In this document: piece after piece, positions 19,955 to 30,101 of the stretch
How the letters are laid out: every line of letters starts with the position of its first letter
How positions within the stretch are numbered: position 1 is the first letter of the stretch
From: Gemmatimonadota bacterium
Lineage (GTDB): Bacteria; JBHIER01; G020348925
NCBI GenBank assembly: GCA_020348925.1
Contig: CP070758.1
Coordinates: 3,177,688 to 3,241,687, forward strand
Direction of reading: 5' to 3'
DNA: 64,000 bases
Program-made: the position numbers and the translations under genes
The notes under the pieces: generated by a model
What the model was told of the DNA's origin: nothing
Seen by the model: the letters and a program-made list of their open reading frames with translations, nothing else
The model's database searches: none

Positions 19955-20830
19955 ATGAGCATTTTAGTTGACGAGAATACAAAGCTGGCTGTTCAGGGGA
20001 TCACCGGAGGAGAAGGATCCTTCCACACACGTCACATGATCGAATACGGCACCAAGGTTGTGGCCGGCGTCGTGCCGGGGAAAAAGGGCCAGGAATTTGA
20101 AGGCGTGCCAATATACAATACAGTCGCGGAAGCCGTTGAGCACGAGGGAGCAAATGCTTCCGTCGTATTCGTACCCGCCCCCTTTGCCGCCGACGCGGTG
20201 ATGGAAGCGGCTCAAGCCGGTGTGGAAGTTGTCGTCTGCATCACCGAAGGCATCCCTACGAAAAATATGATCAACGCCTATGAGTACCTGCGCCATCGGA
20301 AGACCCGCCTCATCGGCCCCAACTGCCCGGGCATCATCTCTCCGGGAAAAACGAAAGTCGGTATCATGCCAGCCGCCATTCATCAGAAGGGCTCGGTTGG
20401 GGTCATCTCCAGAAGCGGCACGCTGACGTATGAAGCGGTCGATCAGTTGACCCGTCTGGGACTGGGACAGACCACCTGCATCGGCATCGGTGGTGACCCG
20501 ATCGTGGGATCTCAGTTCGTCGACCTCCTGCCCCTTTTCGAAGATGACCCGGAGACGGAAGCCGTGGTCCTCATTGGCGAGATCGGGGGCTCGGCCGAAG
20601 AACAGGCCGCTGAGCTGGTCAAAGATGGAAAGGTCAAAAAACCGGTCGTTGCCTTCGTGGCCGGCAAAACGGCACCCCCGGGGCGGAGAATGGGCCACGC
20701 CGGCGCCATCATTGCCGGCGGCAAAGGAACGGCCACGGAAAAGATTGCCGCACTGAAGGATGCCGGTGTCCAGGTCTGCGATAGCCCGGCCGTCATCGGA
20801 CAGACCGTAGCCCAGGCTTTGGGCAAGTGA
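19955..20830 (+). CDS. sucD: Succinyl-CoA synthetase alpha subunit
   Basis: [33 protein letters not shown] and RMGHAGA (phospho-His) motifs. Confidence 0.97.
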   Translation: MSILVDENTKLAVQGITGGEGSFHTRHMIEYGTKVVAGVVPGKKGQEFEGVPIYNTVAEAVEHEGANASVVFVPAPFAADAVMEAAQAGVEVVVCITEGIPTKNMINAYEYLRHRKTRLIGPNCPGIISPGKTKVGIMPAAIHQKGSVGVISRSGTLTYEAVDQLTRLGLGQTTCIGIGGDPIVGSQFVDLLPLFEDDPETEAVVLIGEIGGSAEEQAAELVKDGKVKKPVVAFVAGKTAPPGRRMGHAGAIIAGGKGTATEKIAALKDAGVQVCDSPAVIGQTVAQALGK

Positions 20831-20884
20831 AAGAATTGAAAACGTTTTCATGTATATGTAGCGCCTGAAAGGGAGAAAAAGACG

Positions 20885-21163
20885 ATGAAAATGTGGCGCA
20901 TACCTCTGGATGCAGACCGGATAGAGACCCCGCACGGTGAACTCCACATCATCAAGGACCGCTGCAAGGGCTGCGCTTTCTGCGTTGAGTACTGCCCCAA
21001 GGACGTCCTCGAAATGTCCGAGGAGTTCAACGTCAAGGGGTATCATCCTCCGAAAGTCATGAAGGAGGCAGACTGCGTGAACTGCAGACTGTGCGAGATG
21101 CTCTGTCCGGAATTCGCCATATTCTGCACAAAGAAAGAAGCTGAAACGGTCTCAGAAAGTTAA
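20885..21163 (+). CDS. korD: 2x[4Fe-4S] ferredoxin, delta subunit of 2-oxoacid oxidoreductase set 1
   Basis: CKGCAFCVEYCP and CVNCRLCEMLCPEFAI. Confidence 0.9.
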   Translation: MKMWRIPLDADRIETPHGELHIIKDRCKGCAFCVEYCPKDVLEMSEEFNVKGYHPPKVMKEADCVNCRLCEMLCPEFAIFCTKKEAETVSES

Positions 21164-21245
21164 TTATTCAAAGAAAAAAATGAGAGATACAAGAGGGTGA
21201 GATTCGTCTCTCATCACTTCTCAACGCATAAGGGAGGTTACGACA

Positions 21246-22403
21246 TTGAAAGCAGATCCGAAAGGTGTCCTGACCGGGGCTCACTATCTGGATGGCGATC
21301 ATGCCATCACCGAAGGTGCCTTAGCCGCCGGATGCCGATTTTTTGCGGGATACCCTATCACGCCTTCAACGGAGACCGCCGAACGGTTCGCTGAACGGAT
21401 CCCGACCATAGGCGGCGTCTTCATCCAGATGGAGGATGAACTGGGTTCCATAGCGGCCGTTCTGGGGGCTGCGTGGGCCGGTCGAAAGGCCATGACCGTC
21501 ACATCAGGCCCAGGCTTCTCTCTCATGATGGAGAATTTTGGATTGGGAGCCATGATGGAGGTCCCCTGCGTCATCGCCAACGTGCAGCGAGGCGGACCCA
21601 GCACCGGTCTGCCGACCCTCACCGGTCAGGCCGACATGATGCAGGTGCGGTGGGGTTCACACGGCGATTACGAGATCATTGCCCTGTCACCCAACTCTCC
21701 GCAGGAATGCTTCGAACTGACCATCAAAGCCTTCAATCTTTCCGAACAGTATCGTGTCCCGACCTTCGTCATGACCGACGAGTGCGTCGGCCACATGACG
21801 GAGAAGGTGGTCATCCCCCCTGCCGACGAAATTGAGCTTACCCCTCGGAGATGGTACGACGGGCCCAAGGATGAGTATCTTCCCTACCTACCTGATGATG
21901 ACATGGTACCGCCAATCATCAAAGCGGGTGATGGATATCGAATTCATACCACCGGTTTAACCCACGATGAGCGTGGATATCCGGTCATCAACGCAGAATG
22001 TCAGGAGAAATGTGTCCGCCGGCTGTTGGAGAAGATCCAGAAGCACGCTGATAAGATTATCGAGATCGAAGAGGAGGCCACGAATAATGCCGAGGTCATC
22101 GTGATGTCTTACGGCATCACCTCCCGGGTGGCCTTGAAAGCCGTCGAGGAGGCCAGAAAAGCCGGGATCAGGGTCGGTATCCTCCGACTCATCACCGTCT
22201 GGCCTTTCCCTGAGAAACGCGTCAACGCCTTGTCAAAAAAGATTAAGGCATGGGTCGTTCCCGAGATCAACTATGGACAGATGGTCCTCGAAGTGGAACG
22301 CTGTGCGGCCGGGCAAGCCAAGACAATTCATGTCCCCCATGGAGGCGGTTGGGTGCACGATCCGGCGGACATCCTCAAGGCCATAAAGGAGGCGGTACGA
22401 TGA
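21246..22403 (+). CDS. korA: 2-oxoacid:ferredoxin oxidoreductase alpha subunit (set 1)
   Basis: AGYPITPST, QMEDE, TSGPGFSLM and QRGGPSTGLPT motifs. Confidence 0.93.
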   Translation: MKADPKGVLTGAHYLDGDHAITEGALAAGCRFFAGYPITPSTETAERFAERIPTIGGVFIQMEDELGSIAAVLGAAWAGRKAMTVTSGPGFSLMMENFGLGAMMEVPCVIANVQRGGPSTGLPTLTGQADMMQVRWGSHGDYEIIALSPNSPQECFELTIKAFNLSEQYRVPTFVMTDECVGHMTEKVVIPPADEIELTPRRWYDGPKDEYLPYLPDDDMVPPIIKAGDGYRIHTTGLTHDERGYPVINAECQEKCVRRLLEKIQKHADKIIEIEEEATNNAEVIVMSYGITSRVALKAVEEARKAGIRVGILRLITVWPFPEKRVNALSKKIKAWVVPEINYGQMVLEVERCAAGQAKTIHVPHGGGWVHDPADILKAIKEAVR

Positions 22404-23284
22404 AAGCGGTAGAAACGCCAGTCAAGAAAAAAGAGATCGATCATCCCATGGAACCCCTCCTGCGTATGGATCGGATTCCCCACATCTGGTGTCCCACATG
22501 CGGGATCGGAACGGCTGTCACGGCTTTCGTGGCTGCTATGGAGCAGCTCGAGATGAATCTCGATAAGGTTTGTGTCGTCTCCGGCATCGGATGCACGGGA
22601 AGAGTCGCGGGCTACATTAAGCTCGACTCTTTCCACACAACTCACGGTCGAGCGATCCCCTTTGCCACAGGTCTGGCTCTGGGAAACCCTGAATTGAAGG
22701 TCGTCGTCTTCAGCGGTGATGGGGATCTCATCGCCATCGGGGGAAACCATTTTATCCATGCGGCCAGGCGGAATGTCGATCTGAAGGTTTTCTGTGTCAA
22801 CAATTTCAACTACGCCATGACCGGCGGGCAGGTAGGACCGACGACGCCGCTCACCGCCAAAGGAACCACCGCTCCATACGGAGCTTTCGAGCACCCCTTC
22901 AACCTGCCTTACCTGGCCGAATCCTGCGGAGCCACCTACGTCGCTCGTTGGACCGCCCTCCACATCCGTCGCCTGACCAATTCCATGGCCGAGGCCCTGC
23001 AAAAGCCCGGATTCTCATTCATCGAAATCATCGCACCGTGTTCTACCCTGTACGCCCGGAGGAACAGGCTGGGGACCGGTCTCGATCTCATGAAATTTTA
23101 TCACGACAACTCCGTCATCAAGCACGGCGCGGATACGAAAGATGTGGATATTGAATTTCAAAAGGATATTGTCGTGGGTACCTTCGTCAACGAGGAAAGA
23201 CCCACGTTCTTGGATGCCATGAACGAGAGATTAGGCCACGTTCTGGGTGATAAATACGTAAAATACGGAGGTCAAGATGCCTGA
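22400..23284 (+). CDS. korB: 2-oxoacid:ferredoxin oxidoreductase beta subunit (set 1)
   Basis: WCPTCG, SGIGC, HTTHGRA and the TPP motif GDGD...NN. ATGA overlap with alpha. Confidence 0.93.
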   Translation: MKAVETPVKKKEIDHPMEPLLRMDRIPHIWCPTCGIGTAVTAFVAAMEQLEMNLDKVCVVSGIGCTGRVAGYIKLDSFHTTHGRAIPFATGLALGNPELKVVVFSGDGDLIAIGGNHFIHAARRNVDLKVFCVNNFNYAMTGGQVGPTTPLTAKGTTAPYGAFEHPFNLPYLAESCGATYVARWTALHIRRLTNSMAEALQKPGFSFIEIIAPCSTLYARRNRLGTGLDLMKFYHDNSVIKHGADTKDVDIEFQKDIVVGTFVNEERPTFLDAMNERLGHVLGDKYVKYGGQDA

Positions 23285-23882
23285 GATTCGTTTTTCCGGT
23301 TATGGTGGCCAGGGGATCATCCGCTCGGGATTCATCGTTGGAAAGGCATGCTCCCTGTACGATGAGAAACATGCGACATTGAACCAGGCTTTCGGACCTG
23401 AAGCCCGGGGAAGCGCCTGCAGCGCCCAGGTTGTCGTCTCCGACGACCGCGTTCTCTATCCTTATATCACCATTCCGGACATACTTGTGTCCATGTCTCA
23501 GGAGGCATACGACAAATTCGAACCCGAACTGCAGAAAAAAGGCCTCCTGCTGATCGACGAGGATCTGGTGAGACCAAAACCCATACGGGACAAAATCACC
23601 ATGTACGCCATACCGGCCACCCGCATGGCCGAGGAGATGGGCAACAGAATTTTCGCCAATCTGGTTATGCTCGGTTTTTTCACAGCCATGAGTGATGTTG
23701 TCTCGGCGGATGCCATGAGAAAAGCCATCCCCGGATCTGTTCCCGACAGATTCCTCGATAAGAATTTGGAAGCTTTCAACAAAGGCTACGATTTCGGTAT
23801 GGCGTTGAAAGGGGCAAAAAAGGAGCCCTCGCCTCAAAAGAAGGCTCAGGCTGAGCCGAAGGCTAAGGCCAAGAAGGCATAA
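23277..23882 (+). CDS. korC: 2-oxoacid:ferredoxin oxidoreductase gamma subunit (set 1)
   Basis: EIRFSGYGGQG, FGPEARG and NLVMLG motifs, with a Lys/Ala-rich C-tail. Confidence 0.92.
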   Translation: MPEIRFSGYGGQGIIRSGFIVGKACSLYDEKHATLNQAFGPEARGSACSAQVVVSDDRVLYPYITIPDILVSMSQEAYDKFEPELQKKGLLLIDEDLVRPKPIRDKITMYAIPATRMAEEMGNRIFANLVMLGFFTAMSDVVSADAMRKAIPGSVPDRFLDKNLEAFNKGYDFGMALKGAKKEPSPQKKAQAEPKAKAKKA

Positions 23883-23899
23883 CATCAGAGAGCGATCCA

Positions 23900-24373
23900 A
23901 TGGTTGAGATCAGTTTCGACTTCAAAGAAAAATTGGACACCACCATCGGTGGCGAGATGCACAGCTACTGTTTTCAGTGCGGCGCGTGCGTCGGGGACTG
24001 CCCCTCGGCGCGATACTCCAAACGTGGATTCAACCCGAGACGTATTGTGCTCCAGACCATAGTGGGTATGGAAGAGGTTCTGCTTGAAGAGGGATCCATC
24101 ATCTGGGAGTGCACCAACTGTTACAACTGTTACGAGCGCTGTCCCCAGGATGTCCGTCCCGTCGAGGTGATTACGGCGATGAAAAACATGGCCGCCAAGA
24201 GAGAGACGAACCCGGAAGATGTTCGCAGCATGGTCAAGACTGTGGAGACAAAGGGTATGACGACCGTGCTTACCGCCCTTGTCGATAAAAGGCGAGTGGA
24301 TTTGGGGCTGAAGACATTGAAGGAGATTCCCGTCTCCGACATTCAAGAGCTATTGACTGAAAAAGAACGATAG
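23900..24373 (+). CDS. hdrC: Heterodisulfide reductase subunit C
   Basis: CFQCGACVGDCP and IWECTNCYNCYERCPQ, directly upstream of hdrB. Confidence 0.9.
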   Translation: MVEISFDFKEKLDTTIGGEMHSYCFQCGACVGDCPSARYSKRGFNPRRIVLQTIVGMEEVLLEEGSIIWECTNCYNCYERCPQDVRPVEVITAMKNMAAKRETNPEDVRSMVKTVETKGMTTVLTALVDKRRVDLGLKTLKEIPVSDIQELLTEKER

Positions 24374-24382
24374 GACCCCGTT

Positions 24383-25264
24383 ATGAGTGAAGAGAAGAAA
24401 TACGTCCCCTTTTTCGGGTGTATGATTTCCGTGAAATATCCTCAATTTGAAGCCGCGGTGAGGAAGACCATGTCCAAAGTGGGAATGACCCTCGTGGATC
24501 TCGACGGCTTCACCTGCTGCCCGGATCCGATCTATTTTAAGTCCTCGGATAAGTTGACCTGGTTGACCATTGCGGCCAGGAACCTCTGCATCGCTGAGGA
24601 AGCCGGATTGGATATAACCACCATGTGCAGCGGATGCACGGCCACGCTTTCCGAGACGAGATATCATCTGGCTCACGATGAGGCTTTGAAAAAGAGGGTT
24701 AACCAGCGACTCAAAAAGATCGGGAAAGAATACAAGGGGACCGTCTCGGTGAGACACATCGTGACCGTTCTCCGGGACGACATCGGCATCGATAAGGTGG
24801 TTGCATCGGTCGTCAAACCGCTCAACGGTCTTCGCGTTGCTGTCCATTACGGCTGCCATCTTCTCAAACCGAGTAAAATCATGCAGGTCGATGATCCCGA
24901 CCGACCGACCATTCTGGAGAGACTTCTGGAGGCCATCGGCGCCGAGCCCGTTCAGCATGACGCCAATCTGCTGTGCTGCGGCAAAGCGTGCATGGAACCG
25001 GATATGCCCGCACAGATGACGTTCGACATACTCACTTCCATCAAGAGAACGGACGTCGATTGCATGGGTCTCATCTGCCCGACCTGTTTCGACGCCTACG
25101 ACCTGGGACAGATTAAAATTTCCAGACAATTCAAGACCAAGTTCGATATTCCCATCATTTACTACTTCCAGCTGCTGGGCTTAGCCCAAGGTCTGAGCCC
25201 TGAGGATGTGGGATTGAATATGCACAAAATCATGCCAGAACCCTTGCTGGCGAAAGTTGCGTGA
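24383..25264 (+). CDS. hdrB: Heterodisulfide reductase subunit B
   Basis: Two CCG domains: FFGC...TCCP...CSGC and HYGCHLLKP...CCG...CPTC. Confidence 0.93.
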   Translation: MSEEKKYVPFFGCMISVKYPQFEAAVRKTMSKVGMTLVDLDGFTCCPDPIYFKSSDKLTWLTIAARNLCIAEEAGLDITTMCSGCTATLSETRYHLAHDEALKKRVNQRLKKIGKEYKGTVSVRHIVTVLRDDIGIDKVVASVVKPLNGLRVAVHYGCHLLKPSKIMQVDDPDRPTILERLLEAIGAEPVQHDANLLCCGKACMEPDMPAQMTFDILTSIKRTDVDCMGLICPTCFDAYDLGQIKISRQFKTKFDIPIIYYFQLLGLAQGLSPEDVGLNMHKIMPEPLLAKVA

Positions 25265-25274
25265 GTCTAGAACA

Positions 25275-28200
25275 ATGACTGAAACGGAAACCAAAGGCGT
25301 TCTTGTTATCGGCGGAGGAATTGCCGGGATCCAGGCCGCCCTCGATCTGGCCAACTCCCGGGTGAAGGTATACATGGTGGAGAAGGCACCCAGTCTGGGC
25401 GGCCGTATGGCCCAACTCGACAAGACCTTTCCCACCATGGACTGCTCCATATGAATTTTGGGGCCGAAGATGATGGATGTCGGTCGACATCCGAACATTG
25501 AGCTGTACACCTATTCGGAAGTCACTCACGTTGAGGGAAAAGCCGGCGATTTCAGGGTGACGGTCCGCAGGCACCCGAGATACGTGGACGAAGACCTGTG
25601 CACAGGCTGCGGTCAGTGCTCCGACGCTTGTCCAATAGTGGTCCCCAACGAGTTCGATGCCGGGCTCGGAGCCCGTCGAGCGATTTACTCGCCCTTTTCT
25701 CAAGCAGTTCCAAACACCTTCGTCATCGACAGAGAATCGTGTCTCAACGACGACTTCCTCGTCTGCGAAAATTGCAGAAAGGCATGCGAACGGGACGCCA
25801 TCAATTATGATGTGGCACCACAGGACGTGACGATCAGCGTCGGTTCACTCATTGTAGCCACAGGCATCGATGTCTTCGATCCGTACACGATGAAGACCTA
25901 CGGGTACAGCGTTTCACAAAACATCCTCACCGGTCTCGAGTTCGAGCGCATGCTCAACGCCTCCGGACCGACGCAGGGTCATGTCCTGCGACCGACGGAT
26001 CGGCGGGTGCCGAAAAAGATCGCTTTTGTCCAGTGCGTCGGCGTTCGGGGTGAAAACGACTGCCAGTACTGTTCTCTGTTCTGCTGCATGAATTCGGTCA
26101 AAGATGCTTTGCTGGCCAAAGACCATGCCCCTGAGATCGAGGAGATCACCATCTTTTACTCCGACATACGGGCCTTCGGGAAGGGATACGAATCATTCTA
26201 CAATCGCACGAAAGAGCGAGATTATATCAAATATTTCAAGGGCAAACCATCGAAGATCGTCGAAGATCCGGCATCTCATGATCTCACAATATATGTGGAG
26301 GACACACTGACTGGGAAACCTATGGAGGTCGTATCCGATATGGTCATTCTGGCTTCTGCCGGTCTGCCGTCTTCGGACACCTTGAAATTGGCAGACGTGT
26401 TAGGTATTGAACTGGGCCAGGATGGTTTCTTCAAGACGGAAAAGGAGAACGCACAGCTCCTTCGCTCAACGAAGGAAGGCATCTTTCTTTGCGGGTGCGC
26501 TTCAGGCCCGGAAGACATCCCTGATTCCGTGGCTCAGGGCTCCGGAGCTGCCGCCGGTGCGGAAAAGTATGTGGCCGATTTCCGGCTGCCAGAAACCGAA
26601 GAGGAGATCACACCGATCGATGTGGGTGGTCCACCTCGCATTGGTGTTTTCCTGTGCCACTGTGGCATCAACATCGCCGGTGTTCTGGACATCGAAACAA
26701 TGGAAGAATATGTGAGAAGCCTACCGAACGTCGTTCATGTTCAGAATGATCTCTTCCTCTGTTCGGACGGGAGTCAGAAACTGCTTCAAGAAATGATCAA
26801 AGAGCACCGATTGAACCGGGTCGTATCCGCTGCCTGTACACCGAGGACCCACGAGCCGATCTTTCAGGAGACGTGCGCCCGCATCGGGCTCAATCCATAC
26901 CTCTTCGAGATGGTCAACGTGCGCGACCAGTGTTCCTGGGTTCATTCTCAAGAACCGCTTCTCGCCACACAGCGGGCCATGGATCAGATACGGATGGCCG
27001 TCGCCCGGGCCCAATGGCTCGAGCCTCTGGAACAAAAGGAGATCTCCGTGGAGGGATCGGTCCTCGTCATCGGGGGCGGCCCGGCAGGAATTCAGAGCGC
27101 CCTCGATCTGGATGCACAGGGGTTTCCGGTCACCTTGGTGGAAAAGGAAAAAGAGTTGGGTGGGCGATTGCGATTTTTGGACAGGCTCCTACCGGAAAAT
27201 GTGCCGGCGGTGGATCTCCTCCAGCGCAAACTGGCTCAGCTAAAAGCCAGCGGTGTGAGGGTTTTTACCGAAACAGAGATCAAGGAAGTGGGCGGCTTTG
27301 TGGGAAACTTCGAAGTGAGCACGACGAAAGAAACGCTCAAAGTCGGTTCCATTATTCTGGCCAGCGGCTCTGACGTGTACGATCCGAAGGATGAGTACGA
27401 TTATGAAAAATACTCCAATGTGCTGACCAACATGGATCTGGAGGGGATTTTCGCCCAAACCGACGGTGGTGAGGCTCTCATCAACGGTACAAAACCCAAA
27501 CGGGTGGCTTTCATCCAGTGTGTCGGCTCACGAAATGAGGACAATCCCCACTGTTCCCGCATCTGCTGTCCGACAACGGTGAAACAGGCTCTCCGGTTCA
27601 GAGAACAGGGGACAGATGTTGCAGTGTTTTATCGCGACATGAGGACGGTGGGCCACGGGGCCGAGGAGCAGTACCGCGCAGCCCGGGGGGTGGGCGTCGT
27701 CTTCATTCGATACCCCGACGACCAGAAACCTGTGGTGACAAAAAGCGGAAAAGGTCTTCGCATTCAAGCCTTCGGGACAATGCTGAACGACACCGTGAAT
27801 ATGGAGGTGGATGCCGTCATTCTGGCCGCCGGAATGGTTCCCAAAGAGCCTGATACGAATACGTTCAAGGAGATGTTAAAAGTGCCCAGAAGCCCGGACG
27901 GTTTCATGATGGAGCGCCATCCGAAACTCGGGCCGGTGGAAACGACAACCGACGGGATTTTTCTGGCAGGCTGCGTGCAGAGTCCCAAAAGTGCGGCCGA
28001 ATCCATGGCCCAGGCCTCGGCCGCGGCCGGCAAGGCGGCCTCCCTCGTCTGCCGGGAGAGGATCAAACTCGACCCGACCATCTGTAGGGTGAACGAAGCT
28101 CTCTGCCGGGGATGTAGAACGTGCGTCTCCATCTGTGATTTCCACGCGCCTGAATTGGTTGAGACATCTCCCGGAATTTTTGTAGCACGCATCAACGAAG

Positions 28201-28322
28201 CCTTGTGCAAAGGCTGCGGAACCTGCGCCGCCTGGTGTCCGACGGAGGCGATCGCCGCCCAGCATTTCACCGATCAGCAGATCGAGGCCATGCTGGAGAC
28301 GATGTTGGAGGAGGGATTATAG
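25275..28322 (+). CDS. hdrA: HdrA-like flavo-iron-sulfur selenoprotein (1015 aa, Sec60), two HdrA modules in tandem
   Basis: The ORF-track pieces 25257-25454 and 25458-28322 are in frame and read [28 protein letters not shown], with UGA at the second Cys of the HdrA DCxxC motif. Two GGG.AG FAD motifs, two QCVG motifs, an internal [10 protein letters not shown] domain and ferredoxin domains. Confidence 0.92.
25475..25492 (+). promoter_or_regulatory. Bacterial SECIS-like hairpin for UGA 25452-25454
   Basis: GGATGTC-GGTC-GACATCC, with the loop starting 27 nt after the UGA. An identical copy follows the UGAs of the second hdrA. Confidence 0.8.
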
Positions 28323-28328
28323 AAGATC

Positions 28329-28389
28329 TGTCATTGCGAGCGAGAGCGAAGCAATCTCATGTTATCATTCTGCCCTCCTCACAGTGACA
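28329..28389. repeat. Degenerate REP-like element between hdrA and mvhD
   Basis: TGTCATTGCGAGCGAGAGCGAAGCAATCTC...CTCACAGTGACA, same architecture as 10048-10136. Confidence 0.55.
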
Positions 28390-28430
28390 TTTTCAAGATC
28401 TCTAAGAAGCTCACATTATGGTAGAGAAAA

Positions 28431-28907
28431 ATGACTGAGAAAAAGACGACAGCAAAGAAGAAAACAGCGAAGAAAACTGAGAAACAGAAATTCGTACCCA
28501 AAATAGTGGCTTTTGCCTGCAACTGGTGTTCCTATGCCGGGGCCGACAATGCCGGCGTGAACCGCATCCAGTACTCACCTCATTTCCGGGTCATTCGCAC
28601 CATGTGTTCGGGACGGGTCAAGCCGGCCTTTGTTCTGAAAGCCTTCGAGATGGGAGCCGACGGGGTGCTCGTCTCCGGATGTCACTTCGGCGACTGCCAC
28701 TATATCTTCGGAAATTATCGGGCTGTCGAGCTCTTTGAAAAGACAAAGAAACTCGTTCATCTTTTGGGTCTGGAGGATGAGCGCCTTCGCCTGGAATGGG
28801 TCTCGGCCGCCGAGGGCATCCGATGGGCCGAACTGATCAACGAGTTCGTCGATCAGATCACGCGGCTGGGACCGAGTCCTCTTTCAGAAAATGGGAAAAA
28901 ATCATGA
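28431..28907 (+). CDS. mvhD: MvhD/FlpD [2Fe-2S] subunit
   Basis: AFACNWCSYAGAD, MCSGRV, GCHFGDCHY and RLRLEWVSAAEG motifs, with a Lys-rich N-tail. Confidence 0.94.
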   Translation: MTEKKTTAKKKTAKKTEKQKFVPKIVAFACNWCSYAGADNAGVNRIQYSPHFRVIRTMCSGRVKPAFVLKAFEMGADGVLVSGCHFGDCHYIFGNYRAVELFEKTKKLVHLLGLEDERLRLEWVSAAEGIRWAELINEFVDQITRLGPSPLSENGKKS

Positions 28908-30043
28908 TGAACATTGAAACGATCGCCAAAGCGACACACGTCAATGACTGTCTGGAGTGCGGCAAGTGCACGGCCAATTGCCCCATTTCGAGGTTCACCG
29001 ACGCCTATTCACCCCGGCTCAATGTGGGCAGGTTCATTCAGGGCTACGCGGAGGAACTGTTGCAGGACGAACGCCTCTGGGATTGTCTCACCTGCGGCAT
29101 GTGCAACGTCCGCTGCCCGGCCGATGTCAAATACACCGAGTTCATGAAGCGGATACGCCTTGAGGCGTTCCAGAACGGAAGGGAAGCTACGTGTTCCCAC
29201 GGCGGTGCCATCCAATCCCTCATGCGAATCATGACGTCGCCGACCATGAACCAGAATCGGCTGGAATGGGTGCCGAAGGAGTTCACATACTCCGATAAAG
29301 GGGAGCTGGTCTATTTCGTGGGGTGCCTGCCCTATTTCGACGCGTTCTTCACCGATCTCGAGGTCAACACCCTGGACACGGCCAAAAGCGTTCTCAAGAT
29401 CCTGAATCATCTCGATATCACGCCCGTGCTCCTGAAAAACGAGCGCTGCTGCGGCCACGATCTGCTCTGGTCCGGTGATTTGGAGAACTTTAAAAAGCTG
29501 GCGAAACACAATATTACCGAGATCAATAAGAGCGGTGCCAAGAGAGTGCTTTTCTCCTGCGCCGAAGGATACAGGACGTTTAAGCTCGATTATCCCGGAT
29601 ATGTCGATGGGTTTGACATCGATGTTGTCCATATTTCAGAATTCATGGCTGAACACATCTCCTCGAACGGACTGAAATTGAATCGATTCGATCGCAGGGT
29701 GACGTACCAGGATCCCTGCCGTCTGGGACGACACATGAACATCTACGATCCCCCCAGGGAAGTGATGAATAGCATACCGGGATTGGAACTGGTGGAGATG
29801 CGGAAGAACAGAAATACGGCCGTCTGCTGCGGGACGAGCGCCTGGATGAATTGCAACCTGACCTCCAAGCAGATTCAGGCCTATCGTTTAAAGAGCGCCA
29901 AGACCACAGGCGCCGATCTCTTGGTCACCACTTGCCCCAAATGTTACATACACTTCAAGTGTGCCCAGAAGGACGAAAACATCTCCGATCAGATCGGAAT
30001 TGACATACAGGACTTAACTGTTTTAACAGCCTCAGTTTTGTGA
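28904..30043 (+). CDS. HdrD/GlpC-like Fe-S protein (2x[4Fe-4S] plus 2 CCG domains)
   Basis: CLECGKCTANCP, CLTCGMCNVRCP, FVGC...RCCG and YQDPCRLGR...CCG...CPKC motifs. Confidence 0.9.
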   Translation: MMNIETIAKATHVNDCLECGKCTANCPISRFTDAYSPRLNVGRFIQGYAEELLQDERLWDCLTCGMCNVRCPADVKYTEFMKRIRLEAFQNGREATCSHGGAIQSLMRIMTSPTMNQNRLEWVPKEFTYSDKGELVYFVGCLPYFDAFFTDLEVNTLDTAKSVLKILNHLDITPVLLKNERCCGHDLLWSGDLENFKKLAKHNITEINKSGAKRVLFSCAEGYRTFKLDYPGYVDGFDIDVVHISEFMAEHISSNGLKLNRFDRRVTYQDPCRLGRHMNIYDPPREVMNSIPGLELVEMRKNRNTAVCCGTSAWMNCNLTSKQIQAYRLKSAKTTGADLLVTTCPKCYIHFKCAQKDENISDQIGIDIQDLTVLTASVL

Positions 30044-30101
30044 GGTGAATAAACGTAGAATCATATTGAAAACTCATGCAGCAAATTAGGGAGATAAGCT
30101 T

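Noticed and set aside
19964-25129. Long minus-strand ORFs opposite sucD, korB and hdrB (and similar ones elsewhere)
   Set aside because: They are antisense shadows of well-supported genes, caused by codon bias, and carry no recognisable motifs.
28431-28907. Selenocysteine in MvhD
   Set aside because: All cluster-ligand positions in both MvhD domains are ordinary Cys codons.
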